Source: Eledone cirrhosa
Taxonomy: Eukaryota
NCBI GenBank assembly: GCA_964016885.1
Contig: OZ024741.1
Location: 146,072,001 to 146,136,000, forward strand
Length of the DNA: 64,000 bases
Direction: 5' to 3'
A program made the translations under genes and the position numbers. Under the pieces are notes generated by a model. The model was given only the letters and a program-made list of their open reading frames with translations. It made no database searches and was not told where the DNA came from. Below, piece after piece: positions 38,417 to 52,928 of the stretch; the first letter of the stretch is position 1, and each line of letters begins with the position of its first letter.

Positions 38417-40130
38417 ATCATCATCATCATCATCATTGTATGTCCGCTTTTCCCTGCTTACAAGGGTGTGACAAGTCCTATTCAGCACAACATCTCTCCA
38501 CTTGTCCTTCGTCATCTCCTCGGTGAGTGTCAGCGATCTGAGGTCTGCTCTCACCACCTCCGCCCAGGTTTTTGTGGTCTACCTCTACTGCGTCTTCCTT
38601 CTACTGGGGTTTCTAGGCACTTCTTTACCCAGCGGCCATCCTTCATGTGCATCACATGATATGCCATCTCAGCCTTCTCGCCTGCACATCACAGCTTATC
38701 CCTCTTATACCCAGTTCCTTTCTCAATGCTTGGTCATTCACACACATTGACATTGCACATCCAACGGAGCATACTTGCTTCATTTCTCTCCAGCCGTTGC
38801 ATATCCTCTGCAGTTGCTGCCCATGTCTCACTAACATGCAGCATCGTGCATCTCACACAGGCATCATATAACCGTCCTTTCGTATGCAGGGATAAACCCT
38901 TCTTTGTCAACAGAGGAAGCAGCTCCCTAAACTTCTTCCAGCCCATCCTTATTCTAGATACTATGGCCTCGGAACACCCCCCTCCCATGCTAATCCGATC
39001 ACCTAGGTACTGGAAGCTGTCAATAGCTTCTATAGAACCCACCTGCATTGGAAAAATGTGTCTATCACTGCGATTACTACTGCCAACTTTCCCTGTACAT
39101 CTACTGCATACGTAGTTTTCCTTACCTGTTAGTTTGCCTGCTATCGCACTACATCTCTTGTGTACCCAAGATCTTCATTGCGTATATTTTATGGAATTTA
39201 TGCCAGTTCCTTTCCTACATATCGAACATGGCCATTTACCTGATGGAATGAGAGTATTGTCCTCTCTTCTACTTATCAACACTTTTGTGTTAGCTATGTT
39301 CACTCTCAGTCCTTTTGATTCCAACTGCTGTTTCCATAGCCAGAATTTATTCTCTAGCTCCTTTACTGATTCTGCTATAAGAACCAGATCATCAGCATAG
39401 AGAAGTTCCCATGGGCATCCTGTCTTAAACTCCTCTGTTATGGCTTGGAGGACTACAATGAACAAGAGCGGGCTGAGGACCGAACCCTGGTGTACACCTA
39501 CTTGTATCGGGAATTCCTCACTAAACTCCATGCCTACTCTCACTTTACTGACAGCACCCCTGTACATAGCTTGCACTGTCCTCACAAGCCATTCCTCTAC
39601 ACCTAGTTTCCTTAGGGACCACCAGATGACAGATCGGAGTACCCTATCATAGGCCTTCTCTGAGTCAACAAAAGCTAAGTATAGTGGCTTGTTCTTCCCC
39701 TTTACCTTTGTAGCAATTTATGGGAATACTGCTGCACCAGTCTTTGGATATGACACCACCATATATAGCTTGATTGATGATGCGTGCAACCAGTTTAGTG
39801 CCTACTTCTCCTGGTGCCTTCAGCATCTCAGCAACTATCCCCGACGGTCCAGCAGCCTTACAATTCTTCATTTCCTTAATTGCCTCTTGTACCCTATCTA
39901 CCGTGCTGTTCCACCACCAGGTCACTCTCTGTCTGGTTGAAGCTCTGCCCCAACCACAAGTTATTCAGTAGCCTGCAGTAAGTTGTCACGCAAGAAATTC
40001 CAGTTATCATCTATGTCATACAACTCTAAATCCTCTTCTTTTTCGTCATACATATCTTGAAGGGCTTTGCTAAATTTATATCTTAATGAAAGGTCTTTTA
40101 GCTTCCAGACCTTTCTTTTCCACACCTTCC
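38417..40130 (-). mobile_element. RTE-type LINE (family 1-related subfamily), internally deleted, with RT and PHD-type finger
   Basis: Motifs TWWWN, KAAGPSGIVAEMLKA, YKGKG, VGVHQGSVLSPLLF, ELLYADDLVL, GKWPCSIC, FQYLGD, ETWA and RRLRW. (GAT)n tail at about 38417-38436. TWWWN is joined directly to the RT domain 0 region. Confidence 0.92.
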
Positions 40131-40171
40131 TGTATGTCTCATATATATGTGTCTCTCTCTCTCTCTCTATA

Positions 40172-41472
40172 TATCATCATCATCATCATCATCATCATCA
40201 ACGTTTAACGTCCGTGTTCCACGCTTGCATGGGTTTGGACGGGGGTAGTCCCACTTGAGGCAAGAGTGATTGTCTTGCTCGCATAGGACTGTCTGGCAGG
40301 TTTTCTACAGTTGGATGCCCTTCCTAACACCAACCACATTTACAGTGTGGGTCTGGGAGGTTTTTACCGTGTTGCCTACACGGCCACATTACAGCGTGGA
40401 CTGTGTGTTTTTTTGTCGTGACACCTACACGATCTCATTTGTTTCGGCCTCGATGGCGCGGCACCAACATAACTTTACATAGAACGGGGTGGTGTGGATC
40501 GGGTGGGGGTGGTGGTGGTGGGACGGGGTGTATTTTGTTAGAGATGCCTACTGGCTGGAGTAGGTTTTACTATATATTTAGGTAAGGCGGGTCTTCTCTG
40601 TTACTGAGTACCGCCAAAGGTCTCGGTCCAGTGACATTGTCTTGGAGAGGTGTAAGTGTGTGATGTCGGAGTTTATCAGCTCGTCCCAGGTTTTTCTAGG
40701 TCTGCCTATTCCGTGACTACCGTCTATCTTTATTGCCCTGCACTTTGTTATACAGCTATCGACTTTCATGCGCATCACGTGTCCATACCAACGTAGCCTT
40801 CTCTCGAGTAAACAACATCTGATCCCTCTTATCTCTAATTTTTTCCTTAGTTCGTTTATGCTTTGCCGTTCACGTATATTACTGTTACACATCCAGCGGA
40901 GCATGCAAGCTTCGTTCCTCTCTAGTCTGCGTATATCCTCTGCACACAATGCCCAGGTCTCACTGCCATGCAGCATTGCTGTTCGTATGCAGGCATCGTA
41001 CAACCTGCCTTTCATTTTTAGTGAGAACCCTTTAGCAGCTAATAGTGGTATAATCTCTCTGAACTTTTTCCAACCAGTTCTGACTCTAGCTACAGTACTT
41101 TCAGAGCACCCTCCCCCACTGCTGATTTTATCGCCCAGGTAACGGAAGCTGTCCACTATTTCTATAGAACCCTCTGCGCAATTGAAAGAGCTAGTAGTTT
41201 GTGGGCACTTGCTGCTACTTATTGCACCAGAGCACCGGCCACATGTAGAGTCTATGTTCTTAGTTAGCTTACCTGTGATCCCACTACATCTTTTATGCAC
41301 CCATACTTTGCATTTAGGACATAAAATGGAGTTTCTACCTACGCCTTTCCTACACACCGAGCACGACCATTTCCCAGAAGCGACCGCCGCCTTGTTTTCT
41401 TTCCTACAAACTAGTACTTTGGTCTTAGCCAGGTTAATTTTAAGTCCTTTTGACTCTAGGCCGTGCTTCCAT

Positions 41473-41474
<2 letters not shown>
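40172..41474 (-). mobile_element. 5'-truncated RTE-type LINE family 1, with open frame 40578-41357 and 3' UTR
   Basis: Uninterrupted 259-aa frame with the PHD-type finger, FRYLGD, MLHGSETW, RRLRWYGHVMRM and GRPRKTW. The 3' UTR matches 4800-5150 and there is a (GAT)n tail. Confidence 0.93.
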
Positions 41475-41516
<42 letters not shown>

Positions 41517-41834
41517 CTCTGTGTGTATACATATTTGTAGTATTAGTACATATTAGCATTTTAAGCAATGAATTTCTGTTTTCACCCTAAGCGTGATCAT
41601 CTGAAACTTAGAAAAATCAATCTGTAGACACAGAAGTAAATATTTGGATTTTGGTCTCTGTATTTATTGTTACTATATATAGATCCTGGTAAATATGAGA
41701 AAAGCTCTATGCTAACCAGTTTCCTTGATACAGCAGTAATTAAAAGAAGGCTGTGGATGTTCTCAAACATTGTAGATTCTGTTGTAGACTGTTAGGCCAA
41801 GGGCTGCAGAACACAAAATTTATAAATGGGGACA

Positions 41835-42836
<1,002 letters not shown>

Positions 42837-42991
42837 AGGTACATATATATATATATATATATAGGCACATATCTAATGTATTAGGGTGCACTCTGCTTTC
42901 ACTTTCGTTAGTATCTTAATGATGCTGGCTTAATTAAAGCATTGAGTGAGTGAATGATAACATGGCAAGAAATACATATTATATATATATA

Positions 42992-43211
42992 TATAGCTGA
43001 ATCTATGGTGGAACTAGAGAAGCAATTCCAAACATGGAAGCAGGGACTAGAAAGAAAGGGTCTCAAAGTCAACCTGACAAAGATTGAGGTCCTCGTAAGT
43101 AGATGAGAAAACAGACCCCAGATCCCCTCAGGGAAATGGCCTTGCTCAATATGTAGGAAATGTGTTGGTTGAACTCCATCCTCTTCCCCAAATGCAAACA
43201 ATGGGTACACA
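42992..43211 (+). mobile_element. Internal RTE family 1-type RT fragment
   Basis: IAESMVELEKQFQTWKQGLERKGLKVNLTKIEVL..IPSGKWPCSICRK..WVH. Confidence 0.8.
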
Positions 43212-45071
43212 AATTACATAAGTAAGCATTCTAACCATCCTGCCAGCATAACCCAGAACCTGGTAAGAAACATTTCTTTGAGGCTTTCCCGTCTATCTAC
43301 AAATGAGCCTATTTTCACCGACCATTCCACATATTACAATGAAGCTCTTGCTCGGAGTGGATTTGTCGATAAGGTAGCATATACTAAGTATGAGCACAAA
43401 CCAAGGAAAAATAGATCCCGACGCATTATATGGTATAACCCACCATATAATATGGAGGTGACCACACCATTAGCTAAGATCTCTCTCTCCCTCATTAAGA
43501 AGCATTTACCCTCAACATATAAATATAATAACATTTTTAATAGAAATACCATTAAAATATCTTACTCTATGACTCCTACCATTGCACATAACATCACTGC
43601 TTCAAATTTTGCTAAATTACCTAGCCGTAGGAACACGTGCAACCCTGTAGCTAGTACTAAATGTAATTGTAGGAATCGGGTTGACTGCCCTCTATCCGGG
43701 AAATGCCTCTCCAGTAACATTGTCTACAAATGTAAGGTCGATATACCCACGTCTAGTAGGGCCTACATAGGGTTAACCGCCAATAGATTCAAGCAGCGTC
43801 TTTACATGCACACCCATTCTTTTCTTAAAACTTCAAGAAGGAATATGATGTCACTTTCAGCTTATATCTGGAGTCTAAAAGACAACCACACCCAATATAG
43901 GTTACACTGGGAGATCCTAGCGGAAGTTAGATCGTATAACGGAAATAAAAGACCATGTGATCTTTGCGCCGCTGAAGCCCTGGAAATACTCTACGCCAAT
44001 GAGTACATCTTAAACAAAGAATCTGAGGCAATTTCGGCTTGTAAACACAAATTGCATAAAACTTTCCTGTATTACAGCCCCACATTATACACTAACGGAT
44101 AGTACGAACAAAATGCGGATACTTTACGTCTTGATGTGGTAGCTAAGTATATTTTATGTTTATACCATTACTTATTTGTATAGGTAAGTATACCTTACCC
44201 GTATGTTTTGTGAAGGTACGTATACTTTCTCGTACGTATATATGTTTGTATCTGTTATAGGTGTATATATTATATTATATATACTGGTATACGTGTATAT
44301 GGTTATGTGTATATGTGTATTTTGTGTTTGTGTGTGTATGCATGTATGCGTGTTTGCATGTATGTAAGGTGTATATATGTGTACATTGTGTTTTGGTTGA
44401 CGTGCGTTTGGTGAACATATGTGTATTTACCTGTAGGTATGTGTGTGCATGCGTTATATATGTATTTATGTGTGTATATTTATATACATTTATATAATTA
44501 TATGTATATATATACACGCACACACATATATATATTTTTTGTGTATTTGGTGTATACGTTCGTATGTGACCGAGTGTTCCGCGGGTTTATGTATGTGTGC
44601 GTGTGTTTATGTGTACGTGCATGTATATGCATGCATGGCAGGTGTTTTCGCATATGCACGTGTATGTACGTATATAGATGCTTGTATGTATATATTTATT
44701 ATACTTACTTTTATGATTTTAATAACATTTTCGTTCTACTAATTTATTTACATTATTCTTAACTCTGAAGCCGAGAATCCGTTTCCGAAATAGAATATTA
44801 GTCTACGACCCCATTTATACCATAAACGTGGTTTTGTCTTTGTCTGTAATTGTTCTCACCACTCCACATAACGACGTATTATTTTCGCTTTTTTCCGTTC
44901 ATTACCAGGGAACGTCATCACAAACCAAAGTCTTGTCTTCCTGTTTTCCTTCGGTTGCAACGTTTTTCGAAATATTTACTTCTCCGTTCACAGATTGCTT
45001 TTTTTAGTTTCAGAAGATCCAGTTAAGGGTGAAAGCAGCGATTTTTTGCTTAAACTTTAATTTGTTATTTT

Positions 45072-45072
<1 letters not shown>
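43212..45072 (+). mobile_element. 5'-truncated Penelope-like element: RT thumb, linker and GIY-YIG (open to 44102) plus 3' region
   Basis: Motifs SNHPASI..NISLRLSRLS, YYNEAL..SG, IIWYNPPY, KHLP, IFNRNTIKISYS, CNC....CPL.GKCL, IVYKC, AYIGLT..FKQRLY.H, CDLC..E, LNK..E and CKH. The 3' boundary is placed at the (AT)n tract and is uncertain. Confidence 0.9.
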
Positions 45073-45104
<32 letters not shown>

Positions 45105-45221
45105 GGGGGGGGGGGGAGAGATGCATATATCCACTTATATATCTGAAGAATAGACATATTTTCATGAATCCCAACACACATACCCACATGCCTACATATA
45201 CATACCTACATAGACATAGTT

Positions 45222-46565
45222 ATGTATCTATCTAGAGCGGGTAAAATTCCCGAGATCCATGGACGAGTTCTCTCCAGCGGTCTCTGTCCCTCATTATCGC
45301 CGCCATGTCATCCGTCTCCAAGAGACCACTGCCTGTCCTTAGGGCATCAACATATGTTAACCTCGGTGTTCCTCTTCCAGTGTGTCCATGCAGGAGCTCC
45401 CACAGGTGCACTGAGTGCAGTGTTAACTCTGGATGTCGGTGAGCTTGTCCAGCTAACCTCAGTCTCCTCTGTGTCACTTTTGAGCTGACTTTTGGGAGGC
45501 TCCTGTACAGCTCTGAGTTCTTCATCCTCAGTGTATACTGACTAATGTTCAGAGCCATCTTCAGCATTCTCGTGTAGCACCCATCCACCATATGAGTGAG
45601 TTTCTTGGTCAGTGTCCAAGTCTCAGACCCGTACAGCAGCACAGACTCCACTACAGCAACGAAGAGGCGGATCTTCAGGTCTTTACGAAGGTCTGACTTC
45701 CACACCGATCTCAAGCTGTGGCACGCCGCCCGGGCTTTGCTCTTCCTCTTGACCAATTCATCTTACATATTCCCAAATAAAGGAAGCCCTCAACCAATTC
45801 TAGCGGCTTTTCACCTACATTAGTAATCTTCTCTGGCTTCTCAATATTCTCTACCAGATATTTCGTCTTAATCTCATTCATTCTCAGCCCCACACTCATC
45901 GACACAGTCTCAACATCCTGCATAAAATCCTCTGCCTCCTTCACTGTGTTTGTCACCAAAACTATGTCGTCGGCAAACTCAGCATCCGATATCTTTATGC
46001 CTTAACTCTCCTGCTCTGAGCCAGTGTTACAGTAAAGCCAGAGTCCTGGTGTTTCTCCAGCGCAAGGCGCATACAATAGTCCACTGCGATGATAAAAATG
46101 TAGGGAGCGAATGTATCTTCCTGGAGCACTCCAGCCAGTATCTCAAAGAACTCTGTCATCCCATCAGGTGTAATGACTTGGGCTTTGGTGTTGGTGTAGA
46201 GCAGTGATATCAGGTCCACTATCTTCTTGGGGATTCCATAAGCCTGTAAAATCTTCATCAGGCAGTGACGATCCACAGAATCAAAAGCCTTCCTAAAGTC
46301 AATGAAAACCATGACCGCAGGAAGGCACTTTGCTCCATTTAATATCCTCCTCAGCATCAGGATGTGACTGGTGGTTGATCTTCCCTCTCTGAAGCCATTC
46401 TGGTTGTCCCTGTGCTTCTTCTCCATCTCGGGCTGGATCCTGTTAAGAATCATCCTGTTGAGGGTCTTTGCCACAAGTGACGTCAGTGAGATCCCCCTGT
46501 AGTTGTTGGTGTTAGAGAGATCTCCCATCTTTGGCACTGGGACGATGTTACTGATCCTCCATGCA
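45222..46565 (-). mobile_element. 5'-truncated RTE-like LINE family 2 with most of the RT domain
   Basis: Motifs IVPVPK.GDL...NNYRGISL, QNGFREGRST, FIDFRKAFDSV, GVLQ.DT.APYIF, EFADDI (about 45963-45980), LLYGSETW and DRDRWR. A few frameshifts. Confidence 0.93.
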
Positions 46566-46665
46566 TATAAAAAAAATATATATATATATATCGAGTAAAG
46601 ACTCATGGCCCTAGATATGAGACATTTGCAAACAGTGCACACTGATTTAATAAGTAGGGAGTGCT

Positions 46666-46809
<144 letters not shown>

Positions 46810-46860
46810 TATGTGAGTTAAGCAGATGGCAATAAATGAGCTAGACTATATTACATAAAG

Positions 46861-46960
46861 AAAATATGGAATATTAGCTACTACTAAAATATGGAATATT
46901 AGCTACTACTAAAATATGGAATATTAGCTACTACTAAAATATGGAATATTAGCTACTACT
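46861..46960. repeat. Perfect tandem repeat, 4 x 25 bp
   Basis: AAAATATGGAATATTAGCTACTACT four times with no spacers. Confidence 0.97.
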
Positions 46961-47282
46961 AACTAGTGACAAGTATTCCATGCTTTAATATCTGGTATAT
47001 TCAAAATAGGGAATCTCAAAATCAGCTGCATCACAAATCATGAGAATTAACTACACCAAGTACCTTTTTTAAATGTAGAAAACCAACATCATGTCCACTG
47101 CAATGCACAAGCAGAAGTATACTAAACTGAAGTCCACTCTATCATTTCTATCTCTGGGCAAAAAGCTATAAAGGGATGGTAGAGGGCAAATTAAGGCAAC
47201 ACTATTATAAAAATATTGCATCATTGAAACATACTGTTAAAAAGAATTTTACAAAACTCGCAAGCACTATCTTGTATATTTG

Positions 47283-47313
<31 letters not shown>

Positions 47314-47725
47314 GTATGTGTTTGTGTTTGTTAGTGTATGTGTGTGTATGTATATATACACATGTGTTTATCTAGAGACATGCATTTATGTGTTTAAATG
47401 TGTGTGTGCTTGTATACATGTGAATTCAGATGTACGTTTAGACCTATATGTGTATGAAAATGCATATATATTACACGAGTAAACTTGATATTTGGATCAG
47501 TGTATTTTATCAAATGAAAGGAGACAACTAACTAAATGTACAAATACATAATTCTCTTCCTTACACCATCTCATATCACATTCAATACTAAATATTTTAA
47601 ACTTTGTTTTCTGAAATACAAAGACAAATGATGCATGTTTCCATGATGTAGAGGTTTCTCGATATGCCTGTATATTATTCTTTCATATATATCTTTAAAA
47701 TGCTACTTTGTTCAGATTAACTACA

Positions 47726-47756
<31 letters not shown>

Positions 47757-47838
47757 ATGAAGGAAATGTGGTAAGGAACCAGGTGGACCATAACGCCATC
47801 GAAACGGCTTGAGCTCAGCCGTCGGGGTCCTACTTGTT

Positions 47839-47883
<45 letters not shown>

Positions 47884-47884
47884 T

Positions 47885-48103
47885 ATATTTTGTTTCTAAA
47901 TTTGTTTAGCAAGATTCTTTATCTGAAATCGTGTGTTGAAACCGATATTGTTATACTTTGGGAGGGTCATGGAACCAAACAACCAACCAGTAATTTATAG
48001 GTTTGTAGATTTGTAAATTTATAAATTTATAAATATATAATAAATTGAAGTGAAAACAACTGGTGCGTGTGTTTCTTATTGGCAACATGACCCTCCCAAA
48101 GTA

Positions 48104-48107
<4 letters not shown>
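47885..48107. mobile_element. Remnant of the 7259-7781 family with an inverted 5' piece
   Basis: CATGACCCTCCCAAAGTATAAC at 48086-48107 has its exact reverse complement at 47950-47971. AATAAATTGAAGTGAAAAC..GGTGCGTGT is shared with about 7710-7745. Confidence 0.65.
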
Positions 48108-48151
<44 letters not shown>

Positions 48152-48154
<3 letters not shown>

Positions 48155-48425
48155 TCATCATCATCACCACTTTTAGTCCATTCTTCCATGCTAGCATGAG
48201 TCAGACGGGTTGTCCTGTTGTGGGCAGTGCCAGGTTGGGTGACCTTGTGTTGCTCATTCAGGGAACTGATTTTGGCTTGCTTTCTACCGCTGGATGCCCT
48301 TCCTAACACCAACCTCATTCACAGTGAGTGCTGGGTGCTTTTTTTACGGCTACACAGCCACTTTACAGTGTGGGCTGGGTGCTTTTTTGTCATGAAACCT
48401 CCACAACCACTTTTCAGTGGGAGGG
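48152..48425 (-). mobile_element. Non-coding element or 3' UTR fragment with the RTE-type terminus
   Basis: GGATGCCCTTCCTAACACCAACC is shared with the family 1 UTR. TTCCATGCTAGCATG terminus and (CAT)n tract. Confidence 0.7.
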
Positions 48426-48958
48426 GATGGAGGCATATTGTCTATATATAGATAATGGGGCATGTGCTAAGGGTATTGTCTATATATAGATAATGGTGCA
48501 TGTGCTTACGATCATAATGTCATGTGTTCAATTTGTTGACTGCGTTTTGTTCTTTAGTAAAACGCTACGTTTCAAATTCAAATTGTTCCAGTATACTCAG
48601 CTGAAAATAAGTACCAACATTAGCTGGAGGTTTAATTCTGTGATGGACTGGTGTCCTATCCAAGCATTGGTGTCCTGTCCAAGGATAAGCACTGGCCTGA
48701 TGAGCCTCTGGGCTCAAGACAGACTTTAGAATTTTAGACATCATATAGTTTCCACCTCTCAAATTCCACTTACAGGTTCTTGATCAATCTGAGTTTCCAA
48801 TAAAAAGAATATCTGCCATCTGCCCTTGATAGGTGCATAGTGATGTAACCCAGTATTATGACATTGTAAAGTAAACATCTTAATCACATACCCATGACTT
48901 TGCATATGTATATATATATGGGCATAAAATGGTGGTGATGATGATGATGATAATGATG

Positions 48959-48996
<38 letters not shown>

Positions 48997-50397
48997 CATA
49001 AATACATATATACGCACAAAAATACATTCATACAAAGTCACTTTCCTATTTCATTCTTTTACCAGTTTTATTCATTGTATCCAATGCCTAAAAATACAAA
49101 AATATATTTATAATTCTTCACAAGTGAAACAAATCTTGATTCAAAAAGGAAAGAAAATATATTCTCTATCATTTAACATGTATCTGGATATTTCTGTGCC
49201 AGTTGCAGATTCTATCTGGATGATAAATGTTAGAATATAATTTTAAACGGTAATATAATCAGTATATGAATAATGTCTGCTGTTTAACTAAGTCATATTT
49301 CCAATGGCTATATACAATTATAGCTTAATTATTCTCTGGCAAATATGTAGGAAATTAATACTAATTGATATGTAAGTGAGAAGGTGGGTGGCCTAGTGGT
49401 TAGATTGTTTGGGTTGTAATTGTAAGGCCATGAGTTTAATTACATGATTGAGTGATGCATTGAGTCCTTGAGAAGGGCACATTATCTCATGTTGCTCCTG
49501 TCTGCTCATCTGGGAAACATTAGTTTCAATTGGCCTTTTCATTGCCAATACTATCTGCCAGTTGCAACTCTTGGCAGATGCATCATGGCTTTTCCAGTGC
49601 AAAAGTCAAAACAGAAAACAGACACTTTAACAGTTTTGCCAGTCCACTGCCCCTGAAATAGTAGTACTTTATTGATGCTGAAAAGATGAAAGCATATGTG
49701 ACGTCAGTGGGAGTTGAACTCAGAGTCCAAACAGTCAGAATAAATACCACAAAATATTCTTTCTGTTGCCCTAACAACTCTGCTAATTTAATGCCATAAC
49801 AAAATATTTTCTCAATTTATTCAAATTATGGTGATTTATTCTTAACCATGATTAATTATTAGAATCATTAGAACATTGGAAATATGCTTTGAAGTATTTA
49901 TTCTGGCTCATAATTTTTATTTTCAATTCATGCTGAGGTCAATTTTGAATTTCGTCCTTCATGGGTTGACAAAATAATGTTCTAGTCAAGTGCTGACTTG
50001 ATTTAATTGACTGTTCTGATCCTCACAAATTTCTGGCCTTGTGCCTAAAGTAGAAATCCTTTGTTCTAATTTCTATTACAAGGTGGTGATTTGACAAAGG
50101 TTTTAGGGCATCAGATTACCCCTCCCCCTCCAGTATCTCTTCCAACTCATTTCATTCAGTGTTCAAATGATGCTGGGGTTAATTTTGCCATTCATCTTTT
50201 TGGGGTCAATGAACGTTAAAGTACCAGTCTAGGGACAGTTGATAGGTGAAATTGTTGATAGGTGACCTTTCAATTCCATATTTAAATGAGAAACACTACC
50301 TATGATTTTCAAATAATTGTGAAAATAATCAAGAATTTGGAAGGATTTAGAAATATAATTAATGTTTTCATTATTTAGTTGGTGTTTGGAACATAAT

Positions 50398-50600
50398 ATT
50401 GAGCAACAAAGTATCAATGAGCTGAGAGAAAAACTGGGCATAAAAGGCATTAGTTGCAGTGTACAAGAGAGAAGACTGTGATGGTATGGACATGTAATGT
50501 ATATGAAGGATAGCAGCTGCATAAAGGAATGTAGGGAGTGTGAAGTCTTAGGAAACCTTGGAAGGGAAAAACCTAAGAAAAATGGCAATATTCTGTAATA
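50398..50600 (+). mobile_element. RTE-type RT C-terminal fragment
   Basis: EQQSINELREKLGIKGISCSVQERRL*WYGHVMYMKDSSCIKEC..GRE.P.K. Confidence 0.75.
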
Positions 50601-51209
50601 CAAGGAACTCACATTCTCGTACAAGTGGAATGAAGCAGCAGAAACAGTATAGATAACCCACCTACCTCTCTCCACTTTAAACCCAACGAATCAGAGAGGT
50701 GGTACAACACTCAGATCCCATCTTTGGACTACTAATATACTCCTGAAATCCCTGCCAGCATGCCCCTGATCCCATTCTCTATCCTTAATAAAAAAAAAAA
50801 CAAAAAAAAACAGAGAGATGAACAAACTCTCAGGTCCTCACCCATGAATATACTCCTGACTTCTTTACCCAACCCATGCTTGCATAGAAATCTAGGAGGA
50901 AACTTAAGTGATTCACCTTCCCTGCTGAACCCTTGCACCCTAACACTTTCCCAACTCAGAAAAGCCTGGCACACACCACCCAGCCACTTGCTCCAAGCAG
51001 TATATAAATGCCCCACTTTTTAAGTCACAAACGGAAGCCAGGCACCACCATGAATCCCCCCTTACAGCAATTAAAGGCAAGTACCCCTCCAGCAATGCTG
51101 TTACCCTAGCCTCAGCAAGTGATAGTCATCTAACCCATGCAAGCATGGAAAATAGATGTTAAACGGTGATGATAATAATGGTTGTATATATATGAAATAT
51201 GTCATCATC

Positions 51210-52928
51210 ATTTTCATACACACCTGTATGTATGCCTTCATACATACGGGTTATCATATAGGTTATCATATCTACAGGCCTTCACAGATACAAACCAACA
51301 AATATACAGGCCTCCACACAAACAGAGCTGCATATATACAGGCTTTTGCATACACAGACCTTCATACATATAGGCCATCATACATATAGACCTTCATACA
51401 TATAGGCCATCATACATACAGACCTTCATACATATAGGCCATCATACATACAGACCTTCATACATATAGGCCATCATACATACAGACCTTCATACCCACA
51501 AGCCATTATACATACAAGCCTTCATACATACAGGCAATCATACATACAGGCTGTCATACATACCAACCAACATATATATATACAGGCCACCACACACAGA
51601 AACATACAGACCTTCATATATTCAAGCCTTCATACAAACCATTATACATACAATCATACATACAGGCCATCATACATAGATACCTTCATACATACAGACC
51701 TTCATACATACAGACCTTCATTCATACAGACCTTCATACATACAGATCTTCATACAAGCCATCATACATATAGATCATCATACATACACACAATCATACA
51801 TAGAGGCAATCATGCATACAAGCGAACATACATACAGACCTCCATACATACAGGCCTTCATACATACAAGCCATCATAGATACAAGTCATCATAGATACA
51901 ACCATCATACATACAGCCCATCATACATACAGATAATTATACATACAGGGAATCATACATACACACCTCCATACATACAAGCAAACGTACATACAAGCCT
52001 TCATACATACACACCTCCATACATACAGGCCTTCATACATACAGACCTTCATACATACAGAGCTCCATACATACAGACCTCCATACATATAGACCTCCAT
52101 ACATACAGACCTTCATACATACAGACCTCCATACATACAGACCTCCATACAAGCCTTCATACATACAGACCTCCATACATACAGACCTCCATACATACAG
52201 ACCTTCATACATACAGAGCTCCATACATACAGACCTCCATACATATAGACCTCCATACATACAGACCTCCATACATATAGACCTCCATACATACAGACCT
52301 TCATACATACAGACCTCCATACATACAGACCTCCATACATACAAGCCTTCATACATACAGACCTCCATACATACAGACCTTCATACATACAGACCTTCAT
52401 ACATACAGAGCTCCATACATACAGACCTCCATACATATAGACCTCCATACATACAGACCTTCATACATACAGACCTCCATACATACATACCTCCATACAT
52501 ACAAGCCTTCATACATACAGACCTCCATACATACAGACCTCCATACATACAGACCTCCATACATACAAGACTTCATACATATAGACCTCCATACATACAT
52601 ACCTTCATACATACAGACCTCCATACATATAGACCTCCATACATACAGACCTGCATACATACAGACCTGCATACATACAGACCTCCATACATACAGACCT
52701 CCATACATACAAGCCTTCATACATACAGACCTCCATACATACAGACCTTCATACATATAAGCCATCACATATGCAAGCTTTCATACATACAGGCCATTAT
52801 ACATACATGTTTTTATACATACAAGCCACCACACATTAAATCTTCATATATACAGGCAATTATACATACATACCATCATAGATCTTCATACATACAGGAC
52901 AACATGCCTAAGGCAATCATACATACAT
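51210..52928. repeat. 16-bp minisatellite (CATACATACAGACCTY)n
   Basis: Homogeneous core at about 52000-52760, degenerate toward both edges. Confidence 0.95.

Noticed and set aside
44755-45045. Hammerhead motifs in the 3' region of the 43212 PLE (CTGAAGCC..CGAAA; CAGAAGA-TCC..GGGT-GAAA)
   Set aside because: The cores are incomplete and no convincing stem I or NUH was found. They may be relics but are not supportable.
46861-46960. 25-bp direct repeats as a CRISPR array
   Set aside because: No spacers, no cas genes, and the context is eukaryotic.
48435-48508. Short local tandem duplications (38 bp here; 29 bp at 17091-17142)
   Set aside because: They are ordinary slippage duplications with no further structure.
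50640-51125. GC-richer block with a TATATAAA and short ORFs as an LTR or promoter
   Set aside because: No second copy, terminal motifs or recognisable protein. It is left unclassified.
52033-52768. Repetitive MEVCMYGGLYVWRSVC ORFs resembling a structural protein
   Set aside because: The unit is 16 bp (not a codon multiple), so all three frames give the same peptide. It is a minisatellite.
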